Assembly: GCA_963769935.1 (NCBI GenBank) | Contig: CAVYNY010000035.1 | Location: forward strand, 1 to 64,000 | Length of the DNA stretch: 64,000 bases | Source of the DNA: an uncultured delta proteobacterium | Lineage (GTDB): Bacteria > Desulfobacterota > Desulfobacteria > Desulfobacterales > JAFDCJ01 | Direction of reading: 5' to 3' | Shown: piece after piece, positions 1 to 9,954 of the stretch | Numbering within the stretch: the first letter of the stretch is position 1 | Layout of the letters: each line of letters starts with the position of its first letter | Made by a program: the position numbers and the translations under genes | Notes under the pieces: generated by a model | Seen by the model: the letters and a program-made list of their open reading frames with translations, nothing else | Database searches by the model: none | What the model was told of the DNA's origin: nothing

Positions 1-21
1 AAAAACAGGAAAATTGAATCG

Positions 22-1346
22 ATGAGTTCGAATCCCGAAGCGGCCCAGTGCGGTGAAAGTGGAAAATATGGCTTGGAAAAACTGGCCCTGCTATCGCTAC
101 TCACAGGTGCCGGAATCGGTCTTGTTATCGGTGGGTTTTTCCGAGTGGCACTGGAGCACATGAACATAGCTCGCTCTGCCACGATCGTCTGGATCGACCA
201 GTGGCCGGTGATAAGCTTCGTCCTGGTCTGTGCCACGATCGCTGTAACCACCGCGTTGGCGCACCCTGGCCAGCGCAGCGTTCCGGGCAACCTGCGGCCG
301 GTAGCGGCATACCCCATGTCGAGGCGGTGATTGAAGGCAAGTTGCCCGCAGCCCCCGGTTCTACTGTTCCCCATCAAATTCATTGGTGGCCTGTTCGCCA
401 TCGGGGGTGGTTTAAGCGCTCGGACGGGAAGGACCCAGTGTGCAAATCGGTGCCAACCTGGCTGAGTTCTGGGGAAAAATTTTCCGGCTGCCAACCATTG
501 ATCGTCTTGCCCTTTTCGCAGCGGGTGCCGGCGCCGGGCTGCCGGCGGTGGCGTTCAATGCTCCGATGGCCGGAGCGGTATTCGTGCTGGAGGAACTGGT
601 CCGTCGATTTGATATTCGGATTGCCATCGCCGCACTTGGCGCCTCCAGCTCGGCCATTGCGGTCGCGTCACTGTTGCTCGAACAGCAACCCGATTTCCAG
701 GTGGCAACCCTCCCCACTCCTGGTTCTGGACTCGCCCTATATTTGCTGTGTTGGGTATCCTGGCTGGGCTTGCAGGAGTTGCATACAACCGGATGATCAT
801 CAGGACCTGTGCGCTGGTTGACGGTTTGAGCCGTTGGCGACCGGAGGTTCGGGCACTCTTTATCGGTGCGCTGGTTGGTGCTTTGGCATGGTTTGCCCCG
901 GACATGGTTGGCGGCGGCGATACGATTACCCAACAGGCTCTCGTCGGTGGAATCGGGCTGACAGCATTGCCCATCATTTTCGCTGTTCGGTTTCTGCTCG
1001 GCCCGCTGTCTTATGCCGCGGGCACGCCTGGTGGCCTGTTCGCGCCCATTCTTGCGCTGGGTGCGTGCCTTGGCCTGGATCGGGCTACTGTGCCCACAGT
1101 TCGTAGGAGATTCCGGTGCGATCCCAGCTACCTTTGCTATCGCCGGCATGGCGGCTTTCTAACTGCAACGGTTCGCGCGCCGGTTACGGGAATGATCCTG
1201 ATCTTCGAGATGACCGGTGCCTTCAATCAGTCTTTACCGATGCTCTGGGCCTGTTTCGCGGCTATGGCCATCCCCACATTGATGGGCAACTGCCCATCTA
1301 CGACTCCATGAAGGCTCGCACGATCGGCGTAGCAAAGAAAATGTAA
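22..1346 (+). pseudogene. clcA: ClC-family H+/Cl- antiporter, split by several frameshifts (pseudogene or sequencing indels)
   Basis: Collinear ClC motifs spread over different frames: GSGIPHVEAV (~300-330), GREGPS (ctcggacgggaaggaccc ~418-436), FNAPMAGAVFVLEEL (440..796), GTPGGLFAP and TVRAPVTGMILIFEMTG (748..1311), PIYDS (1116..1346). Confidence 0.88.
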
Positions 1347-1440
1347 CCGCTGATCGCCTTAATGCGCTATCGACCGCGGCCTTGAACGGTACACTGGACC
1401 CCAGAGTCTTATTTCCCCCATTAACTAAAGGAAATCCATT

Positions 1441-3096
1441 ATGCCTGAGATTACCCGATTCGGACCCGGAAAAGCCTCGAATAACACCGGTGGCGATGGC
1501 GTCACCTGGTTCGACATCGACATTGCCGATGACGCCGATCGCCAATGGCTGATGGCGTGGCAGGAGATCAGCGAGCAGACGAGAACGGCGTTGTTGGAGC
1601 CGGTGCGCTTCAGCCATTATAAACAAGTGCCAGACGGCACGTTGCTGAGCATCAGAACGCTGCGTCCCGGTCCAACGGAAGATCTCACCGATCTCGCCGA
1701 CTTGAAGCTGCTGATCGGCCCGATCAGGGCGATCACGGTGCGATCCGGGACGGTTGCCGTTGTGGACGAGTTGCGACAGAACCTGTCGTCGGACAGGTCG
1801 CTGGTGACGGCAATGGACTTGCTGGGGTTTATGGTGTCGGGTATGACCAACCGGATGGAACCGGTCATCTCCGATCTGACCCAAGACATCGATGACGTCG
1901 AGGATGCACTGCTCGACGGCGGTTCAGTACCACACCCGCAGACGCTGAGCGAGTTTCGGCGCCGAATCTTTCGCACCAGACGGCAAGTGAATTCCACCCA
2001 GCAGGTGCTTGCTCCGATGACGACCGATCCCGCCCTGGCCCTGGATGCCGACGATCGTGAAACGCTGGTCAGGGCGTCACAGCACGTCACCCGCCATTTA
2101 GACGGGCTGGAGGAATACCGCACGCGGGTGCAGATGCTGGAGGATCAGGTCGAGGCGCAACGCTCGGAGACCATGACCCGTTCCAGCCTCAATCTGACCA
2201 TCGTTGCGACTGTGTTCCTGCCGCTGACCTTCATTACCGGCCTGCTAGGGATGAACGTCGCTGGAATCCCCGACCAACATAATCCGTATGGTTTCTGGCT
2301 GGTGACCGGCTTGTCCGTCATCATTTCCCTGCTGGCTTGGCTTTTACTGCGTCGTCAGGTGTACGATCGCTATCTGGATAAGGCAAGTACCGATAAGAAG
2401 AAACCTGGGCGACTGCCGGAGACTTCTCTATCAGATGGCGCAGGCTTGACGTCCGCCTCCAAGGAGTCTAGACGGGAGCATGACAAGCGATGCGACCCTC
2501 CGCCCGACACCGAAGGTGGGCATCAAGACAAATCAGATGGAACAAAAGTGGACAGACATCGACCTTGTTCTTGGAGCAAGATTGCTGGGGTCCATGTCTT
2601 TGCACTGCTGCTTGCGCTTGTGCTGTTCGCTTTTCATGTATTCGTGATCTTCGATGCATCTGGCGAGATGGTTCGTCACAAGGCATGGCTGCTGGCACAT
2701 CTGGGACCGGAAACTTACGGCAAGATCGTCCTCCTTGGTTGCTTTTTGTTACTGATGTTGGCGCACGTGGCGGAGGCCGCGGCATGGGGCCTGTTCTTGC
2801 GCTGGACGCGGCTAATACCAAGCCTTACGGAAGGCATCTATTTCACCGCCGCGACGACCACGACTCTGGGCTACGGCGACATCCTGCTGAAGTATCCTTG
2901 GCGACATCTCGGGACATTGATTGCGATAACGGGGGTGCTGATGTTCGGCTGTTCAACGGCGTTCTTGTTCGTGATCTTACAGGACGTCTGGGTGCATCAC
3001 TTTTATAAGGGTCCACAGAGGAGGTCACGTTGTTTATTTTGTCTTCGAAATTCGAATATCCCACCGCCTTACGGTGGTGGCTCGCCCTCGTCCTGA
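1441..3096 (+). CDS. CorA/ZntB-family divalent cation transporter with a C-terminal two-TM K+-channel-like (Ion_trans_2) domain in the same ORF
   Basis: FLPLTFITGLLGMNVAGIP (CorA/ZntB GMN motif), then a charged linker and YFTAATTTTLGYGDI (K+-channel filter). RBS aaagga ~1427. The 3' end overlaps mscS by 67 nt, so the exact stop is uncertain. Confidence 0.8.
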   Translation: MPEITRFGPGKASNNTGGDGVTWFDIDIADDADRQWLMAWQEISEQTRTALLEPVRFSHYKQVPDGTLLSIRTLRPGPTEDLTDLADLKLLIGPIRAITVRSGTVAVVDELRQNLSSDRSLVTAMDLLGFMVSGMTNRMEPVISDLTQDIDDVEDALLDGGSVPHPQTLSEFRRRIFRTRRQVNSTQQVLAPMTTDPALALDADDRETLVRASQHVTRHLDGLEEYRTRVQMLEDQVEAQRSETMTRSSLNLTIVATVFLPLTFITGLLGMNVAGIPDQHNPYGFWLVTGLSVIISLLAWLLLRRQVYDRYLDKASTDKKKPGRLPETSLSDGAGLTSASKESRREHDKRCDPPPDTEGGHQDKSDGTKVDRHRPCSWSKIAGVHVFALLLALVLFAFHVFVIFDASGEMVRHKAWLLAHLGPETYGKIVLLGCFLLLMLAHVAEAAAWGLFLRWTRLIPSLTEGIYFTAATTTTLGYGDILLKYPWRHLGTLIAITGVLMFGCSTAFLFVILQDVWVHHFYKGPQRRSRCLFCLRNSNIPPPYGGGSPSS

Positions 3097-5036
3097 TTTG
3101 CTGCGCCGCCACTTCCATTCACGCCCAGGAAACGACAGAAACCAAATCAGTCGGGGAGAACACGCTCACGGGGACGCAGCAGACTGCCAGCGGTAAGCCC
3201 ACGATCAGACCCATCCTAACGGACAGCCCGCGTGCCACGCTCAAATCGTTTCTCCGCCTCAGGGACGAGCTGGAACAGACCTTGCGATCCTATAGGTTGG
3301 ACAAATCCCGTAAGCTTGCCGAGAAGGTGCACGTGATTAACTCTCAGTTCCACGAGCTGCTGGACTTGTCCTCTGTCCCGCCATCGCTTCGCTTTGAGAT
3401 CGGAACCGAAACAACTGCATATTTGCTCGACATCCTTGGGCGTGTCGAATTGCCTGATCTTGAAAGTGTTCCTGACGAAGAGGCCTTCGACGATGATGTG
3501 TCACCCGCGAAATGGCGCATCCCCGGCACCCCGATCTGGATCGTCCGGGTCGATGAGGGAGCGCGCGAGGGGGAGTTTCTGTTCAGCGAGCGCACGGTTA
3601 TGGCGGCGCCGCGTTTCTACCAAGGTATTAAAGATCTGCCTCTGCAAACGTCTTTGCCCATCATTAGCTGGCATCGCGCTGTTCGCCAGTTTACCGGACC
3701 GATGATCCCGGCGGCGGTGCTCAGAATCGTACCGCAGAGTCTGCGCGACTTCTGGCTGGATACACCAAAATGGAAAGTCATTGCGGTGGTCCTTATTAGT
3801 GCTCTCGCAACGCTCCTGCTGTTCGTCTTTCACCGTGCGATCAACCGCCGCGAAACCGAAAATCGGGTCGGCTTCCTGCTGCGTCGTGCCCTGACGCCAA
3901 TTGCGATCCTCGTGGTGGTCTGGAGCCTAAAGGATTTCATTAACCACCAAATCGCTGTTTCTGGCGCATTCTCGATCTTGGTTGCCGATATGGCAACCAT
4001 TTTGATCAATGCCGGCGCAGTCTGGCTTTTATGGCTGGTCATGCTTGCCATTTTCGAGCGCATCATCCAGGCACGGGATATCCCGGAAGATAGCTTCGAC
4101 GCGCATCTCTGGCGCCTTGGTGCCCGCACCATCGGGACCGCGGCCAGCGTGGTGATCATCGGTAATGCAGCACAGGAGCTGGGGCTGCCCCTCTACAGCG
4201 TGGTGGCTGGACTGGGTATTGGCGGTTTGGCCGTCGCGCTTGCGATTCGCCCGACTCTCGAAAACCTGATCGGCGGCATCATGCTCTATCTGGACCAGCC
4301 CGTGCGGGTCGGCGATTTCTGCTCTTTCGGTGACAAAACCGGCACCGTCGAAGCCATCGGCGTGCGCACGACCAAGATCCGGGCGCTCGATCGCACTTTG
4401 ATTTCGATTCCCAACGCCGCCCTCGCAGATATGCAGCTGATCAACTGGGCGAAATGCGATCGGATGCTGATCAGCGCGACCATCGGTCTACGCTACGAGA
4501 CCGAAAATGATCAATTGCGCCATGTGCTGGTGAAGTTTCGCGAGATGCTCCATGCCCATCCCAAGATCCACTCCGACACGGTGCGCGTGCGCTTCGCAGG
4601 CTTCGGTCAATCTTCCCTCGACATCGGCGTCCGGATATATGCACTGACCCGGGACTTCAACGAATTCCACGCCATACGCGAAGACGTCTTGCTGCGAATG
4701 AGCGATATAGTTAAAAATTCGGGAAGCAGCTTTGCCTTTCCTTCACAGACCCTCTACATGGGTCGCGACGACGGACTCGACGGTGAGCGTGGCAAGACGG
4801 CTGCGAAAGAAGTTGAATCCTGGCGCAAAGCCGGCAAGCTGCCGTTTCCAAGACTTGCGGCCGACAGAATTGAGCAGCTCAAAGGTACTCTCGACTATCC
4901 GCCGCGGGGCTCGGTCGAGGCCGGCACTTTCGAGTCGCAGGTGTGGGAAACGTCCGAGCGGCTCTCCGCTGAGCCGGACGACGAAGAGGAGAGCGATCGC
5001 AAACCGCCATCGCAAAAACATGGAGAGGATTCATAG
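3030..5036 (+). CDS. mscS: MscS-family mechanosensitive channel with a large periplasmic N-terminal domain
   Basis: TTG start after gaggaggt. Signal peptide, GLGIGGLAVALA, ENLIGGIMLYLDQPVRVGDFC, GTVEAIGVRTTKIR, FAFPSQTLY. Confidence 0.92.
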   Translation: MFILSSKFEYPTALRWWLALVLICCAATSIHAQETTETKSVGENTLTGTQQTASGKPTIRPILTDSPRATLKSFLRLRDELEQTLRSYRLDKSRKLAEKVHVINSQFHELLDLSSVPPSLRFEIGTETTAYLLDILGRVELPDLESVPDEEAFDDDVSPAKWRIPGTPIWIVRVDEGAREGEFLFSERTVMAAPRFYQGIKDLPLQTSLPIISWHRAVRQFTGPMIPAAVLRIVPQSLRDFWLDTPKWKVIAVVLISALATLLLFVFHRAINRRETENRVGFLLRRALTPIAILVVVWSLKDFINHQIAVSGAFSILVADMATILINAGAVWLLWLVMLAIFERIIQARDIPEDSFDAHLWRLGARTIGTAASVVIIGNAAQELGLPLYSVVAGLGIGGLAVALAIRPTLENLIGGIMLYLDQPVRVGDFCSFGDKTGTVEAIGVRTTKIRALDRTLISIPNAALADMQLINWAKCDRMLISATIGLRYETENDQLRHVLVKFREMLHAHPKIHSDTVRVRFAGFGQSSLDIGVRIYALTRDFNEFHAIREDVLLRMSDIVKNSGSSFAFPSQTLYMGRDDGLDGERGKTAAKEVESWRKAGKLPFPRLAADRIEQLKGTLDYPPRGSVEAGTFESQVWETSERLSAEPDDEEESDRKPPSQKHGEDS

Positions 5037-5131
5037 GTCGGACAGATAAAATTACAAGACGTATATCCTCTGACGATTTTAAAAATACCTTGTAGAATTG
5101 TAACCAGTAAAAATTATTTGAGGAGATAAAA

Positions 5132-6235
5132 ATGCGATTTCATGAACAGATCATTCGACCGAATTCAACTTTGGTAGTCCTGGGCACGATCTTAGGCGTA
5201 TTATGGGGTTGTGCCGTGGTTGGTCCGACCTCGATCAGTATGGGACGTGCGGATTACAATGAAGCAATCAACAAAACCGATGACGCTCAGATGTTGATGT
5301 CGATTGTTCGGGGTCGCTACGGCGAAACATTTAGTCTTCTGGCGGTCACCGGTGTGGCAGCCAACGTCAGCTTCGGCACCAACGCCGGTGTCAATGTCGG
5401 GTTCGGCCCCGATGAGAACTACGCCGGCAACCTGGTCCCGTTCAGCGGCGGCTTTGCCTACGAGGAGAACCCCACCATTACCTATGCGCCGGTTCAAGGC
5501 GAGCGGTATCTCCGACAGTTTCTGACACCCATCCCGTTGGACATCCTCTTGTTACTCGTACGTGCCATGCCGGAGCCGGGTCCAACTATAACCCTGCTGG
5601 TGAACCAAATCAACGGCCTGCAAAACCCTGACTTTCTGTCGGCGCCGTCGGCTGAGCCTGACCCACAATTCTTGCGACACGTCGAGCTGGTCACGGAGTT
5701 GTGTAAAGCAGGTATCATGCAGTGGGCAGAAGACCCTCGCAAGGAAGTTGGGTTTGATATTCTAATCAGCGGCTATGCACCCGAATACTCGCAAACTGTT
5801 CGTGAATATATAGCTTTGCTCGGGCTGCCGTTGCCGGCGGACGAATCGAAAGACATCGTATTGCCGGTTTACTTTGCGGTGAATGCAAGAGAATTGGGCG
5901 GCATCGGGATCTCAACGCGCTCCACAGCAGACTTGATTGAGATCTTAAGAGCCGCAATTGAGATTCCGCAAGAGCATAACCGCCCGGGGCTGACAATTAA
6001 TTATCCGCCGATGGGTCCGGCGGGCAAGGATATCCTTATCCATTCCTCAAAAGATAAACCAAAGACGGCTTCTTTGGCGGTGAAGTATCGCGGATACTGG
6101 TTCTATATCGAAGAAACCGACCAGCCCACAAAGCTATTCTTCAGGTCTGTGCGCCTATTTTGGTCCGTCAGCATCGCCAGTTCGGCGGATCGAAGAACCT
6201 CCGCCCCTGTCTTGACCATTCCTGTGAGTAATTAA
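5132..6235 (+). CDS. Putative lipoprotein of unknown function
   Basis: 367-aa ORF, RBS gaggag, hydrophobic N-terminus ending in the lipobox-like LWGC. Confidence 0.75.
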   Translation: MRFHEQIIRPNSTLVVLGTILGVLWGCAVVGPTSISMGRADYNEAINKTDDAQMLMSIVRGRYGETFSLLAVTGVAANVSFGTNAGVNVGFGPDENYAGNLVPFSGGFAYEENPTITYAPVQGERYLRQFLTPIPLDILLLLVRAMPEPGPTITLLVNQINGLQNPDFLSAPSAEPDPQFLRHVELVTELCKAGIMQWAEDPRKEVGFDILISGYAPEYSQTVREYIALLGLPLPADESKDIVLPVYFAVNARELGGIGISTRSTADLIEILRAAIEIPQEHNRPGLTINYPPMGPAGKDILIHSSKDKPKTASLAVKYRGYWFYIEETDQPTKLFFRSVRLFWSVSIASSADRRTSAPVLTIPVSN

Positions 6236-6398
6236 AAGGTTAAACTCTTTTGTGAACAATGATATCCAAAAGCGCATTGACTGCTTCGACAAGCATTATT
6301 TGTTGCCACTTCGGTGTCTCGGTTTCTCCGAACGCACCGCCATTGTTAGGCTTTTAATCTTCATTTTTAGCTTGATTTAACGTCTCGATATTTGTAAA

Positions 6399-6572
6399 AA
6401 TCTTGAGAATAGGTTAAAAAGTCACAACGCCGGGAAAGATCCCCATACAGCAAATTATAGGCCATGGCGAATTAAAAACGCTATCGCCTTCACTGAACGA
6501 AAAAAAGCCCTTGAATTTGAGCGCTACTTGAAATCTCCATCGGGTAGGGCTTTCTCCAAAAAGCGATTGTAA
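6399..6572 (+). pseudogene. GIY-YIG nuclease (UPF0213/YhbQ-like) remnant, N-terminus missing
   Basis: Translated by hand: NLENRLKSHNAGKDPHTANYRPWRIKNAIAFTERKKALEFERYLKSPSGRAFSKKRL*. No start codon and no YIG motif. Confidence 0.75.
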
Positions 6573-6786
6573 TCACTATATCCCAAACAAACTTATGCTT
6601 GGTTTACCGAAGTCCTGAAAGATCGGTTTCAAGCCCACAACCACCGTCAATTACCCCCCACACCCAACTCCAATCCATAAAACCTCAACCCTTCTCTGGC
6701 CCGCAACGAAAAGGGTAGGGCACTGGCATTTGAAAAATACTTTAAATCCCACTTTGGAAAAGCATTCGCCAATCAAAGACTTTGGG
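6573..6786 (+). pseudogene. Second, more degraded GIY-YIG nuclease remnant
   Basis: Frameshifted pieces KQTYAWFTEVLKDRFQAHN and RALAFEKYFKSHFGKAFANQRLW parallel the first remnant. Confidence 0.6.
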
Positions 6787-6907
6787 GAATTTTTTATTCT
6801 GCTGCAATATACCATTCGCTCAAAAACGTATGTAAAATTCCCATTTTGCTTCTGGGGCAGGGGGTCTGGTCTAATGCTGATAATTTAAGAAGGATATGTT
6901 TAGCCGG

Positions 6908-6979
6908 CACCATCTCCCGGCGAAACGCCGGGGACGGGAAAGACTGAAAAGACTGGATTCCGGCCTTCGCCGGAATGAC
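6908..6979. repeat. REP-like palindrome doublet (VIPAKAGIQ-type)
   Basis: cccggcgaaacgccggg hairpin followed by ctggattccggccttcgccggaatgac (6953-6979). Confidence 0.7.
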
Positions 6980-7229
6980 GCAAGCGGCATCCATATCAGG
7001 TTAAGAGGGCTCAAGTTAACGGCATTAGGCCCGTCCCCTGAGGTCGGCTTTTTCAGTGATAGAAAATTATATTTTTATGGACATCCCCAATTTACATTGA
7101 TAAGGACTAAACTATTACCAGGCATTACGAGGTAAGAACCCGGCTGCTGTCGCAATTGCGTACCCCCCAGGGACGCTTTCAAAGAATGTTCTCATGCCCC
7201 ACATGTTTACCAACCGCCCCAGTGGACTA

Positions 7230-7325
7230 AGGGGACGGTCATGATTTAATGCATTTCTAAGGCACAATAAGGATGAAATTCATATATTCATGACCGTCCC
7301 CTCGCGTTGCCGTCCCCTCGCGTTG
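7230..7325. repeat. Short element with 15-bp inverted repeats and a tandemly duplicated end, related to the RAYT ends
   Basis: aggggacggtcatga (7230-7244) ... tcatgaccgtcccct (7288-7302). ccgtcccctcgcgttg is repeated at 7294-7309 and 7310-7325. Confidence 0.75.
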
Positions 7326-7547
7326 CCCGGCATTCTTCAAATCGTTGCTTTGAATTTATATCAAACAATCTTCTCTCTTGTTGGACCAAGCTATGCGATT
7401 AAGACTTAGTCAATTTGAGTCCGACAAGCTTTGAAGCTAATGCAAGCAAAAGGTCATACACGTCTGATTCCCCATCTGGGGAAAAAGGAGCATTGCGGGA
7501 GAGATGTATGCAGGGGGGGGGTGGATAATTATGGGTGACCTTCAGTG

Positions 7548-7760
7548 TTACTGTAAATACTTTGCAATCTTCAAACCTTGCATTTCCACGCTTGTCCACT
7601 TTCCGATTCTAACCCAGCCGTCTCGTCTTTCTGTATTCGTCCTTCGATCTTTCAAATCTCTTCTTTCGGAGCCATTATAAAATAAACGATGTAGGTTAAA
7701 AGTTCTGCGCCTGTTTTTGCCGGAACGTCTTTCAGTAGATACACGTTTGATTGCTGGCAT
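7548..7760 (-). CDS. Small Arg-rich hypothetical protein with ERR/DRR repeats
   Basis: 70 aa with ERRSGKNRR, ERRDLKDRR, ERRDGWVR. RBS aaggagg upstream. Confidence 0.6.
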   Translation of the reverse strand: MPAIKRVSTERRSGKNRRRTFNLHRLFYNGSERRDLKDRRTNTERRDGWVRIGKWTSVEMQGLKIAKYLQ

Positions 7761-8044
7761 TTTCTTCCCTCCTTAGCCACGGAGTGGACATGTATGGCAC
7801 GGATAAGATGCACAACATTGTCCCCCCCCCTTTTTTAGAGATCAATCAGAGAACCGGTCTACCCAACTAAAGATAAATAGCAGCAGTACGGGTCGTTTAA
7901 CTGACCACGGGCAATCTCAAAATCAGACTGTATCCGTGCTAAATAGAATGAGAAATGAGTTGATGTCAATAAAAAACAATACCATTGAGAAGGCAACCAA
8001 ACTGTTGTATAAAGACGTACTAACGGAACGCAAATGGTATCAGT

Positions 8045-8488
8045 ATGGAACAAAGAGATGACAGGTTTTGGGAAACAAAATCTCTGAAGGAGATGACGAA
8101 ATCCGAATGGGAGTCCCTCTGTGATAATTGCGGACTCTGCTGTTTGCATCGTGTTCAGGATATAAAGACGGGCAAGATGAAGCTGCTTGCAGTTGCATGT
8201 CAGCATTTAGACTCGTCATCTTGTAGCTGTTCGATATACGAGGAAAGATTCAAAATCGAGCCGACCTGTTTGGCACTTTCCCCGAATAAGATAAGACGAT
8301 TAAAAAAGTTGCCAAATACTTGTGCGTACCGATGCCTCATCGAAGGCAGGAACTTGGAGTGGTGGCATCCGTTAGTCTCAGGAGATCCTGATACGGTTCA
8401 CGAAGCTGGTATTTCTGTGAAAGATAAGGTTGTAACATGCAAACACATTGATTTAGATCAGCTAAAGAATTTCACTTTTGGTAAATAG
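8045..8488 (+). CDS. ycgN: YcgN/UPF0260 cysteine-cluster protein
   Basis: FWETKSLKEMTKSEWESLCDNCGLCCL, LPNTCAYR, WWHPLVSGDPDTVHEAGISV. Confidence 0.9.
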   Translation: MEQRDDRFWETKSLKEMTKSEWESLCDNCGLCCLHRVQDIKTGKMKLLAVACQHLDSSSCSCSIYEERFKIEPTCLALSPNKIRRLKKLPNTCAYRCLIEGRNLEWWHPLVSGDPDTVHEAGISVKDKVVTCKHIDLDQLKNFTFGK

Positions 8489-9269
8489 GATCTGGCATTG
8501 TTCGTATTAGCGTTGACGCCCGAACACTGCTTACCCAGGCGCACCCACCCAACCCATGCCTGACGGTGCGTAAATCATTGCCCACACATTTTATCGGGAC
8601 AGGGGGTCGGGCCACGCCAAGTGATTATTAACATTACTCAGAAAATGTCATAAAAAGGTCGCTAAATCAGGCTTAATCGACCGGTTTTACACCAAAACTG
8701 CCCTATTAAGAGACACGACCCAAAATACTCCTTGCAAAATGAAATTATATACCCGGTTATATCTGGCATAAGCAAAGCTGCAAGAAAATTAAGTCATCCT
8801 CATGGGCCATATCGAAAATATAGCCGCCAGAAGAAGCATCGGTGTCAAACCTTGAATTGTGAATTCGGACTGTCAAAGTATTCTCGAAATTTATCCTTTG
8901 CTGCAAGCCCGGCTTTAACTGCTCTTACACTGTGACTGACCGCTGAATAAGTCAAGTCAAACATGGCCCCGATCTTCTCGTTGGTCAGCAACCCGCTCTG
9001 CCAAATAACGGGACTATTTTTGACATAAATTATGGTATATTTTCATGCAAAAATAGTCTGAAGGAGGATGGCAAATATGCAAAAAAATAATAGTGTTAAT
9101 AAACCAAATGACTATTCTTTTGTATAACATGCAGAAAAATGTCCTACATTGGTTATTGACTAATATGATCTGGCGGCGACACGATACTGGTATTACACTT
9201 CTTGTCTTGTGAGACAACTTTGCCATAACCCCGCAATGGGCTGGTATGGCATTTCATGAATCCAATACC

Positions 9270-9780
9270 GAAATCCGAATCGAGAATAATTTCATTGATC
9301 GATGATGCGAAAATTATTAAAAAGATCCTCAAACAGCTGGACTTGTGGGAGGTCGGGCGCAAACCGTCTCCGTGCGCCAACGGCCCGCCGCCTGACGCCT
9401 TTATTATCTATGATGATCCTCAGCGCCCAGCGTGGATGATTACTTAATTGATGCTGATTACCCACTGCAAACCTACCTTTAAACAATCCAGCCCCGGGCG
9501 AACCAGTGAGATAGGTCCGAATTTGCCTAAATTCCAATTCCACGTCAAAAAATCGATATAGCCAGAAAAGCCCGCTTCCATTATCAGGTTGGGTCTTGGT
9601 TCCATTTAATTGATGGCTCAATATGTTGGCATAGAGATGAAGCCGATACACAATTCGCAATTTTCGCTTGGTTCGCACCAAAAAAACAATGCCTTATCTT
9701 TTTTATCTTTGATATGCCCTAGCCCAAGGACATTCACCCGCCGCATGCCGACAGCAGATAAAATACAAGATTTCCATCCA
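9270..9780 (+). mobile_element. IS91-family (Y2 rolling-circle) transposase 3' remnant with a probable oriIS end
   Basis: RIISLIDDAKIIKKILKQLDLWEVGRKPSPCANGPP resembles IS91-like C-termini. The downstream region ends in aaaatacaagatttccatcc (~9761-9779). Confidence 0.6.
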
Positions 9781-9954
9781 AGAAATACAGGAATTACCCT
9801 ATATATTTTTGTCGGCCGGCGATTAAGTTTAGGCTTGTTCTAACATTGAAAATTTGGTCCTCTGGACCAGGATTTTTTACTTCTGCCGATTTTTCCAAAA
9901 GAATCGAAGTAGAATAAAGAAATATTAACATCCAACTAAGAAAGGAATTCAATA

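Noticed and set aside
6290..6355. Additional attC site ending in gttaggc
   Set aside because: An R'-like heptamer is present, but I found no matching R''/L'' arm and no cassette ORF.
6794..7135. Small ORFs containing VIPAKAGIQ / LDSGLRRND
   Set aside because: These are translations of the REP-like palindrome, not genes.
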